Source: Tubiluchus corallicola
Taxonomy: Eukaryota > Animalia > Priapulida
Assembly: GCA_030141605.1 (NCBI GenBank)
Contig: JAQGDQ010002005.1
Coordinates: 1-18,079, forward strand
Length of the DNA stretch: 18,079 bases
Direction: 5' to 3'
The notes beneath the pieces were generated by a model. That model saw only the letters and a list, made by a program, of their open reading frames with translations. It was not told where the DNA came from and made no database searches. A program made the translations under genes and the position numbers. Shown one piece after another: positions 1 to 11,250 of this stretch. Position 1 is the first letter of the stretch. Each line of letters opens with the position of its first letter.

Positions 1-918
1 GTAGTAATTAATGCTGCTAAATCGTTTGCATCCACTGCAGTATCAGTATTGTTCTACCTATGAGATTGTAGTAATTAATGCTGCTAAATCGTTTGCATCC
101 ACTGCAGTATCAGTATTGTTCTACCTATGAGATTGTAGTAATTAATGCTGCTAAATCGTTTGCATCCACTTCACAAATAGTACTACATTTAGCAACATTA
201 ATACCTCAAAGATAGAACAACTGATACGTGATCAAATATTCAACAGCATTAATTACTACAATCTCATAAGTAGAACAATACTGACACTGCAGTGGATGCA
301 AACGGTTTAGCAGCATTAATTACTACAATCTCATAGGTAGAACAATACTGATACTGCAGTGGATGCAAACGATTTAGCAGCAATAATTACTACAATCTCA
401 TAGGTAGAACAATACTGATATACTGCAGTGGAAGCAAACGATTTAGCAGCATTAATTACTACAATCTCATAGGTAGAACAATACTGATACTGCAGTGGAT
501 GCAAACGATTTAGCAGCATTAATTACTACAATCTCGTAGGTAGAACAATACTGATACTGCAGTGGATGCAAACGATTTAGCAGCATTAACTACTACAATC
601 TCATAGGTAGAACAATACTGATACTACAGTGGATGCAAACGATTTAGCAGCATTAATTACTACAATCTCGTAGGTGGAACAATACTGATACTGCAGTGGA
701 TGCAAACGATTTAGCAGCATTAATTACTACAATCTCGTAGGTAGAACAATACTGATACTGCAGTGGATGCAAACGATTTAGCAGCATTAATTACTACAAT
801 CTCACAGGTAGAACAATACTGATACTGCAGTGGATGCAAATGATTTAGCAGCATTAACTACTACAATCTCATAGGTAGAACAATACTGATACTGCAGTGG
901 ATGCAAACAATTTAGCAT
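1..918. repeat. 67-bp tandem satellite, ~2.5 copies in one orientation (1-170, truncated by window edge) and ~10 copies in the opposite orientation (~244-918)
   Basis: Unit GTAGTAATTAATGCTGCTAAATCGTTTGCATCCACTGCAGTATCAGTATTGTTCTACCTATGAGATT starts at 1, 68 and 135. Its reverse complement recurs with ~67-bp period (AATTACTACA or a variant at 251, 318, 385, 454, 521, 588, 655, 722, 789, 856). A degenerate junction occupies 171-243. Confidence 0.97.
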
Positions 919-1168
919 CAAGCTACTTTTACACAACACAAGCAAGCAGAGTCAGTGCAATAATAACAGAAACACTGACAACACAGAACAGGAAATTAAA
1001 AGTAACAAAACTGCTCTGAAAATTGGGTATAAACAAAAGTTACTAACAAAAAGTAAAATAATTTAGAAGTTCGACCTAAATTAACATATTTTCATACTAA
1101 AAAAATAAATGAACACAATGAAATTCAAGACGATTAAACAAAATTTAAATTAAAATTATAGAACATTT

Positions 1169-1340
1169 TACAGCTAAGATATATGAAACTATACTATAAA
1201 ATATTCCTCTTCATAGATTCATGTATACATGTAAAATACAGCTAGGATATATAAAATAATATATAAAATATTACTCTTCATAGATTCATAGATACATGTA
1301 AAATACAGCTAAGATATATAAAATAATATATAAAATATTA
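1169..1340. repeat. AT-rich tandem repeat, ~2.5 copies of a 67-68-bp unit
   Basis: TACAGCTA(A/G)GATATAT...CTCTTCATAGATTCAT..ATACATGTAAAA begins at 1169, 1237 and 1304. Confidence 0.9.
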
Positions 1341-1470
1341 GTCTCCAGTGGCTCTGATATCACAATACCCTAACCCTAACCTGAAGCCTACTACTAACCC
1401 AACCCAACCCTAATCCTAATTCTGATGTGCTCCCTGAACTAATTCGTGTGTGTGGAGAACTGGAAGCTTT
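1341..1470. repeat. Degenerate (CCCTAA)-like tract, possibly a remnant of a small non-autonomous element (Helentron/HINE-like)
   Basis: CCCTAACCCTAACC at 1368-1381 and CTAACCCAACCCAACCCTAATCCTAAT up to 1420. Weak inverted ends TCCAGTGGCTC (~1344) and GAGAACTGGA (~1455). Confidence 0.35.
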
Positions 1471-1499
1471 GGCCAAAATTAATTATCAAATAAGAATCG

Positions 1500-1920
1500 A
1501 GCCTGTTTTAAGTCAACATATTTCAATATCCATATCACATTCCTAGAAACAAATTCCAAACTTCTTTTTTTAGATAAATTCATAACGGTCAAATAAACTG
1601 GTAAAACATTAATCTTCACTGTGCATCAAAAGCAAAATTGCATAAACTTCAAAACAGTCTGTTTTAAAATCATCATACTTGACTTGTTAGTAAACAAGAA
1701 AGATAAACAACACTTGTTAGCAAACAAGAAAGAAAAACAACAAACAAATTCCTAACTTCCTTTTTTGAGACAACTTCATAATCAGCAAGCAAAATATTAA
1801 AATGTTCATCTGCACAGTTTGTATAAAGAAAAAGTCAAGATGCATAAATTGACCTGTTTAAAAGACAACATACTTCACTCATAAGGAAATACGAAGAAAC
1901 AAGTTCTAAGCAACTTCCAT
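1500..1920. repeat. Old diverged tandem duplication (~190-200-bp unit) containing a younger 30-bp x2 repeat (1682-1742)
   Basis: AACAAATTCC(A/T)AACTTC.TTTTTT.AGA.AA.TTCATAA occurs at ~1548 and ~1743. CTGTTT.AA...A.CATA.TT occurs at ~1503, ~1659 and ~1854. ACTTGTTAG(T/C)AAACAAGAAAGA(T/A)AAACAAC occurs at 1682 and 1712. Confidence 0.65.
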
Positions 1921-2214
1921 GCAGCAGTGATAACACTGAATTATGTAACCATAAGAGTCACACAGTCGAACACGCGAATGTTAATGGCCCAAATGAACAG
2001 TATAAACAGGCATAACGGGTCAGGTATGCAAGCACATGCACAAATGTGCAAAGGTCTTCAGGGCAAGTGTAAATAGCTAAGATAATAATTAATACTTTAG
2101 CACTGGACTCGCATGACCAGTTGCGTCAAATCTCTCTATTATATTTGACATCACTGTAAACATCCATGATACAAGAAAGAAGAACGATTATTCTGCAAAA
2201 CCCAAGATATCCAC

Positions 2215-2793
2215 GAAAATAACCATTTTACGGTTTTATTGGCACAGTCCTAATAATTCCTTACCATTGTGTGCATATTCACATGCGCTGTAGAAAGAAT
2301 AAACAAACTAACCAAAATACGTCCCAAAAATAGAAAAATGACTATTGGTTTTATTGGTACAGTCTTAATAATTCACTACTAGTGTGTGTATATTAACATG
2401 TGCTGTAGAAAGAATAAACAAACTAACCAAAATACGTCCCAAAAACAGAAAAATAACTATTAATTTTATTGGTACAGGACTAATAATTCACTACTAGTGT
2501 GTGCATATTCACACGTGCTGTAGAAAGAATAAACAAACTAACCAAAATACGTCCCAAAAACAGAAAAATAACTATTAATTTTATTGGTACAGGACTAATA
2601 ATTCACTACCAGTGTATGTATATTCACATGTGCTGTAGAAAGAATAAACAAACTAACCAAAATACGTCCCAAAAACAGAAAAATAACTATTAATTTTATT
2701 GGTACAGGACTAATAATTCACTACCAGTGTATGTATATTCACATGTGCTGTAGAAAGAATAAACAAACTAACCAAAATACGTCCCAAAAACAG
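2215..2793. repeat. 115-bp tandem repeat, ~5 copies
   Basis: TAGAAAGAATAAACAAACTAACCAAAATACGTCCCAAAAA at 2291, 2406, 2521, 2636 and 2751 (exact 115-bp period). Copies become more homogeneous toward the right. Confidence 0.96.
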
Positions 2794-2863
2794 ACTATTT
2801 TAAATTGAATAATTGAATGACTATTCACTTAAAGAGAAAACACATTTTATGCATGTTAGTTAA

Positions 2864-3324
2864 CCCTTTCAGTCCCAAATTATTTTTTTAATAAGAAAAA
2901 ATTTTTGGTTTGGTACTTTTGTTCAGTATGTCCATCTTGTTTGCACATAATAATTATTTTTTTTCTACCTGTGCCTGCGTGCTAAATATAGCCTGTATCC
3001 CACGGGATACATTGGGATTCAATGGAAGCATAAAATGTGCTTCATTTTGCAACTGCTGATAATTTTTTTAAAGTATTTAAGACATTTAGTATGCACGCTA
3101 TGCTGATCTGTACAAAGTCGTCTCTAAAGTACTGTACCTTGCACAGTTTTTTATGCTATGTAGATTTTCTAGTTTGCCATTTTATCACCATTTTTAGTCT
3201 ATTGTTATTGGCTTAAATCAAAATAACTATTAGCAGATCAAATAACTGTCAGTTTTAAAATTTTATTAATTTTAAAGGCAGAGAATATTCTCGTATCCCA
3301 CGGGATACAACGGGTATGAAAGGG
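2864..3324. mobile_element. piggyBac-like MITE (461 bp) with TTAA target-site duplication
   Basis: TTAA|CCCTTTCAGTCCC at the left end and GGGTATGAAAGGG|TTAA at the right (TIR 11/13 match). TTAA at 2860-2863 and 3325-3328. Near-palindrome GTATCCCACGGGATAC at 2995-3010 and 3293-3308. No ORF. Confidence 0.85.
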
Positions 3325-4087
3325 TTAATCATCTACGGTGGATTCAACTACCCATTTACTCGACAAGATTATTTTTCAGAAACTAACGTTACTTATGCAG
3401 TCACGCGTTTCTGTTCTAGTTACACAGATTATGCTTTATAATAACAAATTCTAACCCCTGCGCACGGACAAGTCGTAAAACACAATTATTAAAGTTGAGA
3501 CGTGTTTACACTCTTCTATAAATAAACAAGATTCATTTTATCATTTCTCATAGTGAATATAACTACATTTATTAGGCCATTAATATGTTATTACTTGTAG
3601 AAGAGTTTAGTGAAGTGCTATAACGGTTGTTGTGGGTTTAGTTAATAAATAAATATGAAATGAAATAAAAAAATCACTTTCCTCTAAATGCAATTACCGA
3701 ATCAAAAATATAAATTGCAAAAACAAAAATTGTAAAATAAAAATTTCTCTGTAGTTTTTGCATACTCTGTCTTACACATATGTGGCAACCAATACATTTC
3801 CATTTGCTGTCATAGCTTGTTATAACATGCATTTCCGTGTACTTCTTAGCTAACATGTTGTTGAAGGTAAAGTAGACTTAACTACAACAAAATACTTGCA
3901 CTTTACAGAAAAGACCCAGAATATTTGTACAGGTTTCTGTCTCATCGGAAGCAGGCGAGTAATTTAAATAATGTTTGGATTGGCATTGAATCACATAAAC
4001 TAATTCCTCTATTAAACAATATGTAGGCGCTTTCTGTTACCTACATCTCACGATTCAAAACCAATATCGTCACAGATGCCTACAATT

Positions 4088-4610
4088 CAGGGATAAGAAT
4101 GACAAATTGCAAAAAACTCTGAAACAGACCAGGAGTTTTGGGGCCACCAAGGCCCACCAATGGAGTTGAGGGGCAAAGCCCCCTGGGAGCCAGCAACAAA
4201 TTACAATTTTGTGACCATAGAGAGCCTCTAAGTGGACTTAAAATATCAATTACCTTGTTTCATGCATAATTTAAAATACCCAACTATCAAGGATACATAA
4301 TACCTAATTGTCTCAAAAACGCCTAAGTACTGACCACTCCTATGCAAAAGTATATAAAAACTGTCTGCAATTGACTCAAATAACTCCGCACAATTGATTC
4401 TATATTTTTCTACATAGAGATCTACACGTGGTTACACTGATGTACGTGATGTAAACAAAGTGACGGCCTACCAACTAGCGGTCAGCTTGTGAAATAATGT
4501 AGTGGGTCCGTAAAAGTTTTCTCAACGAATTTACGCGATTTACAAAACTGGCACTACTGGTCTTCGAAAAACTCGTAATTCCGCGTATCCGCGGAAAATT
4601 CTCATCCCTG
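4088..4610. mobile_element. Non-autonomous DNA transposon (523 bp) with CAGGGAT termini and 6-bp TSD ACAATT (hAT-like)
   Basis: Left TIR CAGGGATAAGAAT (4088-4100) and right TIR ATTCTCATCCCTG (4598-4610; 12/13 match). ACAATT directly flanks both ends (4082-4087, 4611-4616). Confidence 0.8.
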
Positions 4611-4661
4611 ACAATTACGACAACTTGCTAAACGTTTTGATGAAAACGCAGTTTGCCATAC

Positions 4662-4724
4662 CTTATCAGAGTCTTCACTCAACAGTTGGCTTTCCACGGT
4701 GATTCCTATCTGATCGGGATCCAT
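4662..4724 (-). CDS. Probable first coding exon of an unidentified - strand gene: MDPDQIGITVESQLLSEDSDK (whole exon 4739-4662 with 15 nt of 5'UTR)
   Basis: On the - strand: acceptor TGTTGTTGTTTTTTTTAG (AG at 4741-4740), in-frame TGA two codons before the ATG at 4724, 21 open codons, then AAG|GTATGG phase-0 donor (GT at 4661-4660). GC content is higher than the flanks. No homology recognised. Confidence 0.6.
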
Positions 4725-5087
4725 AATTCACTCGTGAATCTAAAAAAAACAACAACAGCAAAATGATCGGAAGTTAAACCAGTAACTATGCAGGAATGCA
4801 ATAAATACAACACTAATCCCAGAATAGCAATTCAGAACTACTTGTTTATTTAGTAAAGCCACATGTCAACAAGTTGTTTATTCTTTACATATGAATATAC
4901 ACGTCATGCACCTGTTTGTTTATACATATACTAAGTTATCGTATATATAGTGCCAAGGTCCTCTGACTAGCTAACAAAACAATAATTTACCTACGTAATA
5001 ATCAAATTCCATACTCAAGTCTTTTTATGTTTGCACTGTTGTGCCTCTTTAGCTAAACAACAAAGTAAAAGAAATCAAGGTACAAAA

Positions 5088-7812
5088 CCAGTGGCAGATC
5101 GTGTATAGATACCGTGGAACTGCAGCACCCCCAGTGGCAGCTCACATATAGGTGCCGTGGAACTGCAGCACCCCCAGTGGCAGATCGTGTATAGGTACTG
5201 TGGAACTGCAGCACCCCCAGTGGCAGATTGTGTATAGGTACCGTGGAACTGCAGCACCCCCAGTGGCAGATTGTGTATAGGTACTGTGGAACTGCAGCAC
5301 CCCCAGTGGCAGATTGTGTATAGGTACTGTGGAACTGCAGTACCCCCAGTGGCAGATCGTGTATAGGTACCGTGGAACTGCAGCACCCCCAGTGGCAGAT
5401 GGTGTATAGATACCGTGGAACTGCAGCACCCCCAGTGGCAGATTGTGTATAGGTGCCGTGGAACTGCAGCACCCCCAGTGGCAGATCGTGTATAGGTACC
5501 GTGGAACTGCAGCAGCCCCAGTGGCAGATCGTGTATAGGTACCGTGGAACTGCAGCACCCCCAGTGGCAGATCGTGTATAGGTACCGTGGAACTGCAGCA
5601 CCCCCAGTGGCAGATCGTGTACAGGTACCGTGGAACTGCAGCACCCCCAGTGGCAGACCGTGTATAGATACCGTGGAACTGCAGCACCCCTAGTGGCAGA
5701 TCGTGTATAGGTACCGTGGAACTGCAGCACCCCTAGTGGCAGATCGTGTATAGGTACTGTGGAACTGCAGCACCCCCAGTGGCAGATCGTGTTTAGGTAC
5801 CGTGGAACTGCAGCACCCCCAGTGGCAGATCGTGTATAGGTACCGTGGAACTGCAGCACCCCTAGTGGCAGATCGTGTATAGGTGCCGTGGAACTGCAGC
5901 ACCCCCAGTGGCAGATCGTGTTTAGGTACCGTGGAACTGCAGCACCCCCAGTGGCAGATCGTGTATAGGTACTGTGGAACTGCAGCACCCCTAGTGGCAG
6001 ATCGTGTATAGGTGCCGTGGAACTGCAGCACCCCTAGTGGCAGATCGTGTTTAGGTACCGTGGAACTGCAGCACCCCCAGTGGCAGATCGTGTATAGGTA
6101 CTGTGGAACTGCAGCACCCCCAGTGGCAGATTGTGTATAGGTACCGTGGAACTGCAGCACCCCCAGTGGCAGATCGTGTATAGATACCGTGGAACTGCAG
6201 CACCCCCAGTGGCAGATCGTGTATAGGTACCGTGGAACTGCAGCACCCCCAGTGGCAGATTGTGTATAGGTACCGTGGAACTGCAGCACCCCCAGTGGCA
6301 GATCGCGTATAGGTGCCGTGGAACTGCAGCACCCCCAGTGGCAGCTCACACATAGGTACCGTGGAACTGCAGCAGCCCCAGTGGCAGATTGTGTATAGGT
6401 ACCGTGGAACTGCAGCACCCCCAGTGGCAGATCGCGTATAGGTGCCGTGGAACTGCAGCACCCCCAGTGGCAGCTCACACATAGGTACCGTGGAACTGCA
6501 GCAGCCCCAGTGGCAGATCGTGTATAGGTACTGTGGAACTGCAGCACCCCCAGTGGCAGATCACGTATAGGTGCCGTGGAACTGCAGCAGCCCCAGTGGC
6601 AGATCGTGTATAGGTACCGTGGAACTGCAGCAGCCCCAGTGGCAGATCGTGTATAGATACCGTGGAACTGCAGCACCCCTAGTGGCAGATCGTGTATAGG
6701 TACTGTGGAACTGCAGCACCCCCAGTGGCAGATCGTGTATAGGTACCGTGGAACTGCAGCACCCCCAGTGGCAGATCGTGTATAGGTACCGTGGAACTGC
6801 AGCACCCCCAGTGGTAGATCGTGTATAGGTACCGTGGAACTGCAGCAGCCCCAGTGGCAGATCGTGTATAGGTGCCGTGGAACTGCAGCACCCCCAGTGG
6901 CAGATCGTGTATAGGTACCGTGGAACTGCAGCAGCCCCAGTGGCAGATCGTGTATAGGTGCCGTGGAACTGCAGCACCCCCAGTGGCAGATCACGTATAG
7001 GTGCCGTGGAACTGCAGCAGCCCCAGTGGCAGATCGTGTATAGGTGCCGTGGAACTGCAGCACCCCTAGTGGCAGATCGTGTATAGGTACTGTGGAACTG
7101 CAGCACCCCCAGTGGCAGATCACGTATAGGTACCGTGGAACTGCAGCACCCCCAGTGGCAGATCGTGTATAGGTACCGTGGAACCGCAGCACCCCCAGTG
7201 GCAGATCGTGTATAGGTACCGTGGAACTACAGCACCCCTAGTGGCAGATCGTGTAGTGGTACCGTGGAACTGCAGCACCCCCAGTGGCAGACCGTGTACA
7301 GGTACCATGGAACTGCAGCAGCCCCAGTGGCAGATCGTGTATAGGTACTGTGGAACTGCAGCACCCCCAGTGGCAGACCGTGTACAGGTACCGTGGAACC
7401 GCAGCACCCCCAGTGGCAGATCGTGTATAGGTACCGTGGAACCGCAGCACCCCCAGTGGCAGATCGTGTATAAGTACCGTGGAACTGCAGCACCCCCAGT
7501 GGCAGATCGTGTAGTGGTACCGTGGAACTGCAGCACCCCCAGTGGCAGACCGTGTACAGGTACCATGGAACTGCAGCAGCCCCAGTGGCAGATCGTGTAT
7601 AGGTGCCGTGGAACTGCAGCACCCCCAGTGGCAGATCGTGTATAGGTGCCGTGGAACTGCAGCACCCCTAGTGGCAGATCGTGTATAGATACCGTGGAAC
7701 TGCAGCACCCCTAGTGGCAGATCGTGTATAGGTACTGTGGAACTGCAGCACCCCCAGTGGCAGATCGTGTATAGGTACCATGGAACTGCAGCACCCCCAG
7801 TGGCAGCTCACA
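5088..7812. repeat. 43-bp GC-rich minisatellite, ~63 copies (2.7 kb)
   Basis: Consensus CAGTGGCAGATCGTGTATAGGTACCGTGGAACTGCAGCACCCC. I saw substitution variants but no indels. The array accounts for all repetitive ORFs at 5053-7880. Confidence 0.99.
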
Positions 7813-8806
7813 AAACCAACCACACCCCACACCAAAACAAAACAAAAAAAACAAACACCCAAAAAAAAGGATTTTATCAAGTTTATGTATAAATTTTTGT
7901 ATGTCTGTTTGCTTAAAATTACAAATTACAACATTAAAATTACATATGTTTGTTTCGCTTTACACAATGGCTAAAAATTTTGTATAGCAGCGCCCCACTA
8001 ATTTTAACTACAGGCAATCCCTGTACAAAACATTAATTATAGCAACAATAATTATAAAACATTAATTATTATAATTTAGTTATTATATTAATATATATAT
8101 AGTGCCACTAATATAATAATATAATTTTTTGATTACATGCTGTATATAAGAGAAAAAGAGAATTTTTTTTTGGTAACAGTAGCTTATTTTTATTTTGTGA
8201 CATTATTTTCACTCTGTGTGCGCAACTGGCTAGGGCAATATGCACAATCTTTCAGCGAAACACTATAACTCAACAGCAGTTTGAGAGAAACAAGCAAGAA
8301 ACACCCGCGGAGAAAACAGCTCTGCATAGATGACATACCGGGTGATAATATTAAAAAAGCATTAAACCAGTATTGTCCGATGCCTAACATTAGATATCTG
8401 ATTCTATCAAAATTTCTATATTTCCCATATTTGCTTCAATATAGACCTTTTTATCAGTTTAAACTCATAGTTCCAGTTATAGTGAGGAGATGACATACAA
8501 GTACTAAGTATAACTGCTTACACATCTCTGCAAGGATGATATATGCACTGCTAAACCAGCTAACGCTTAAACTTGTTAACCTTTAAATGACCCCAACTTG
8601 CTATGCTTCATTGTTAAACACTCAAACCTGTTTAGCCACAGCTAATAAGTCATGCAGTCGATACAAGCTGCATTTAAATCGCACATAAATGTTTGGGACT
8701 TTGTTAATCAGTAATCATTTCTTGCTGGACTGTTTTAATTTTGTGCTAAAGCACAAACCTTCACTTATTTCTTTCATGTAACGATTTTGCCAATTAGAAT
8801 CAGAAT

Positions 8807-9215
8807 GATGTAAATTATGTTAATCTTTTCAGTTTAATAAACTTTGATTTCAGTGTTAAACCACCAAATTTCATTGCGTTTTAGTTAATTTTTACTATTC
8901 TTACACAACATTGCATATAAATTCTATAATATATATCATTATTAATTAGATTTGTAAATAAGATTCGTAAATTTAGGATCATCAATTTGAATAAATAGGC
9001 CTATTTGCAAACGACGTAAATTATGTTAATCTTTTCCGTTTAATGAAATTTTAATCTCTGCATTAAACTACCAAATTTCATCATGTTTTAGTTTTTACTT
9101 TTCTCAAACAACATTGCATATAAATACTATAATATACATCATTATTAAATAGATTTGTAAAGAAGATTCGTAAATTTAGGATCATCAGTTTGAATAAATA
9201 GGCCTATTTGCAAAC
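8807..9215. repeat. Tandem duplication of a ~205-bp AT-rich unit (2 copies)
   Basis: GA(T/C)GTAAATTATGTTAATCTTTTC...TTTGAATAAATAGGCCTATTTGCAAAC at 8807-9012 and 9013-9215. Each copy ends near the 14-bp palindrome AAATAGGCCTATTT. Confidence 0.93.
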
Positions 9216-9905
9216 AAAATTTGCACTCCTTTTTGTATAGCTCTTGTAGGTAAATTTACGGGTGTCGCAATCACATACGTAAACAAAAAATAATATATCG
9301 GGAAATGTTTTGCAATATCAGACTGTATCAAATTGGTGCCCAAGGTTAAATATCAGTATCGTATGGGGCAGAAAAAATATCTAACAACACTATATGAAGC
9401 GTATATTGCAAAGGTAAAGCAAAAAAAGTGGTCAAACTTGTTGAAACTTGTACAGTGAAATGCAAACAAACAAATAAGGTGGGATGTAAGAGTGACTCAA
9501 ATTACCAATAAAGAGAAAAGAAAAAGTAAAAATATCAGTGTTTAAAATTACAGTGATATATGTAATATATGACTTTGATTTATAATTATGTAATTTATAT
9601 GTGATCTTGCAAGCCCAGTTTTCTCATCTGTTACTGAAGTGGATCTAGTGGAAGCGCGGGAATTGGAAAAAATCCCACAATATCAGGGACATTACACATC
9701 CCTATAACACTGTACACTGTCGCTAGGCGCCCACATTGTAGCTGATATTGATAAGAAAGCTTCAAAGTGATCAGTGCATTTAAAATAGCCCTAACTATGT
9801 TTCTATGCACAAGGACAATGCGCATCATAGCTAATACTAGTAACATGCACAAACATAGGGCAAGATGACAGCAGTCAACCCCTCACTATTTCAGCAGCGA
9901 ACAGA

Positions 9906-9935
9906 GTTCAATTCAATTCAATTTTATATTTCTCC
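9906..9935 (-). mobile_element. Possible 3' tail of a CR1/L2-type LINE remnant
   Basis: The - strand reads AATATAAAATTGAATTGAATTGAAC, a polyA-signal-like motif followed by a short (ATTGA)n tail typical of CR1-group 3' ends. No recognisable ORF upstream. Confidence 0.3.
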
Positions 9936-10642
9936 ACAAGATACAATAATTTCTATAAATTTATAGTAAAAAATTATGTAACAGTGAAGGGGCAGTTGTA
10001 ACGGTGATGCAAATGTAAATTTATTTGCACACTGTATAAAATATTACAGAAATACAACGTGCTGCAACATCAATGCATAAAATATGACAGTCTATGTCTA
10101 TTTTGCTTCTTTACAATTATAATAGATGGAGCCACTAACCAGAGACCCAAATAGCACATACAAAGCACACTTTTATCTATAAAAAATGTTACAGGAGTAT
10201 CACAACAACATACACAATGTCCAGGGCCCACAAGACAGTTCAAAAGTTTTACAACAATTTAAACAGTGTTATGCATCAGTGCCCCAGTGTTAGTTAGCAA
10301 ACTAAAACATACTAAAGCAAAAGTATTAGTTTAAACAAACAAAATCAAAAGTAATTTTCGAGCTAAGATCATCATATTAAAAGCACAAGCTTATTAAAAC
10401 TGTGGATTGGGAAAAACTGTGGCATGTGTGGTTTTACGCTTGCAGGCGAGCAGTTTGTACATTCTGCACTCCTCACCACTTGCTTGGACGATTTGAAATT
10501 TGGACCGATATATTATCAAGTACATCAAGCTCATTAATTGTACTTCTACAGTTATTGAATTTCATATCACGAGCGACATGAGAAAGCTTCCAGTTTAGCA
10601 CTCAACTTGTGATAAAAAATAAGAAAGATCTACAACACCTAC

Positions 10643-11250
10643 CTCGCAACAAATAATACGGACTTGAAGTTTTGAAAACAACAAGCTATCTTTGAATGCC
10701 GGTTATAATAATGTAGCTACTGAAAAAAAAGTTAAGACAAAAAATAGAAAACAACGAAAACACGACACAATCTTCCCTTTCGCTGCAAAGTGAAAATATA
10801 GCGCAAAAGGCTTAATGTTTACGACAACGTCAGTTGTCATTGAAGTCAATTTACACTTATTTTTTGACAAGAGTCTCGCATTCCTACAATTGAAAGCTGG
10901 CAGTTTCATAAAGGAAACCTGGATAATTTTTCATTTCCTATCCCATTTTGAAAACTATACTGTAAAAAGCATACATTTTAACGTTGAGCTGTAATAACGT
11001 CAAAGTATTTTTGATAATTAAACTGTATGTTCAGCACTTAATTAACAGCGAACCTAGTGGCGACAGCACAAATCATTACCAATGGACGTTACTCTCAACT
11101 CTACAAACATTTCATGAGCGTGTTGCACATATTTGTGAACGCAAAAGTTGAAGTGCATTGTTACTGTACGATATTCAGTGTGATACAAAAATTCACAACT
11201 GAACACCTCCGAACTGAGAGGTACAGCACCCATTTTTTGCGCATTGCGCA
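10643..11250 (-). promoter_or_regulatory. Candidate promoter and non-coding first exon of the - strand gene
   Basis: Strong - strand donor CGAG|GTAGGT (exon end 10643). The stretch is relatively CpG-rich, and an NRF1-like near-palindrome TGCGCATTGCGCA lies at 11238-11250. The TSS cannot be determined from sequence. Confidence 0.3.

Noticed and set aside
331-3856. Short ORFs at 331-519, 2499-2693 and 3674-3856 (likewise those at 8190-13002 and 16263-16632)
   Set aside because: They are repeat-derived or random AT-rich frames without recognisable domains or exon signals.
5088-7812. CRISPR-like appearance of the 43-bp array (also the 40- and 67-bp arrays)
   Set aside because: Units are head-to-tail with no unique spacers, there are no cas genes, and the context is a spliceosomal eukaryotic locus.
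1-7812. Shared ACTGCAG/CAGTGG words between the 67-bp and 43-bp repeats suggesting common origin
   Set aside because: The matches are only 6-7 nt and the rest of the units do not align, which is compatible with chance.
5053-7880. Long Cys/His-rich ORFs (up to 500 aa) over the 43-bp array
   Set aside because: The consensus unit simply lacks stop triplets on the - strand, and 43 is not a multiple of 3, so all frames give the same cyclic peptide. Variants introduce stops freely, and I saw no splice or start context. This is unremarkable for a short GC-rich unit.
8368-9392. Possible hAT element with ends CAGTATTGT and ACAACACTA
   Set aside because: The TIR match is short and the candidate 8-bp TSDs (CATTAAAC vs TATGAAGC) agree poorly, so boundaries cannot be supported.
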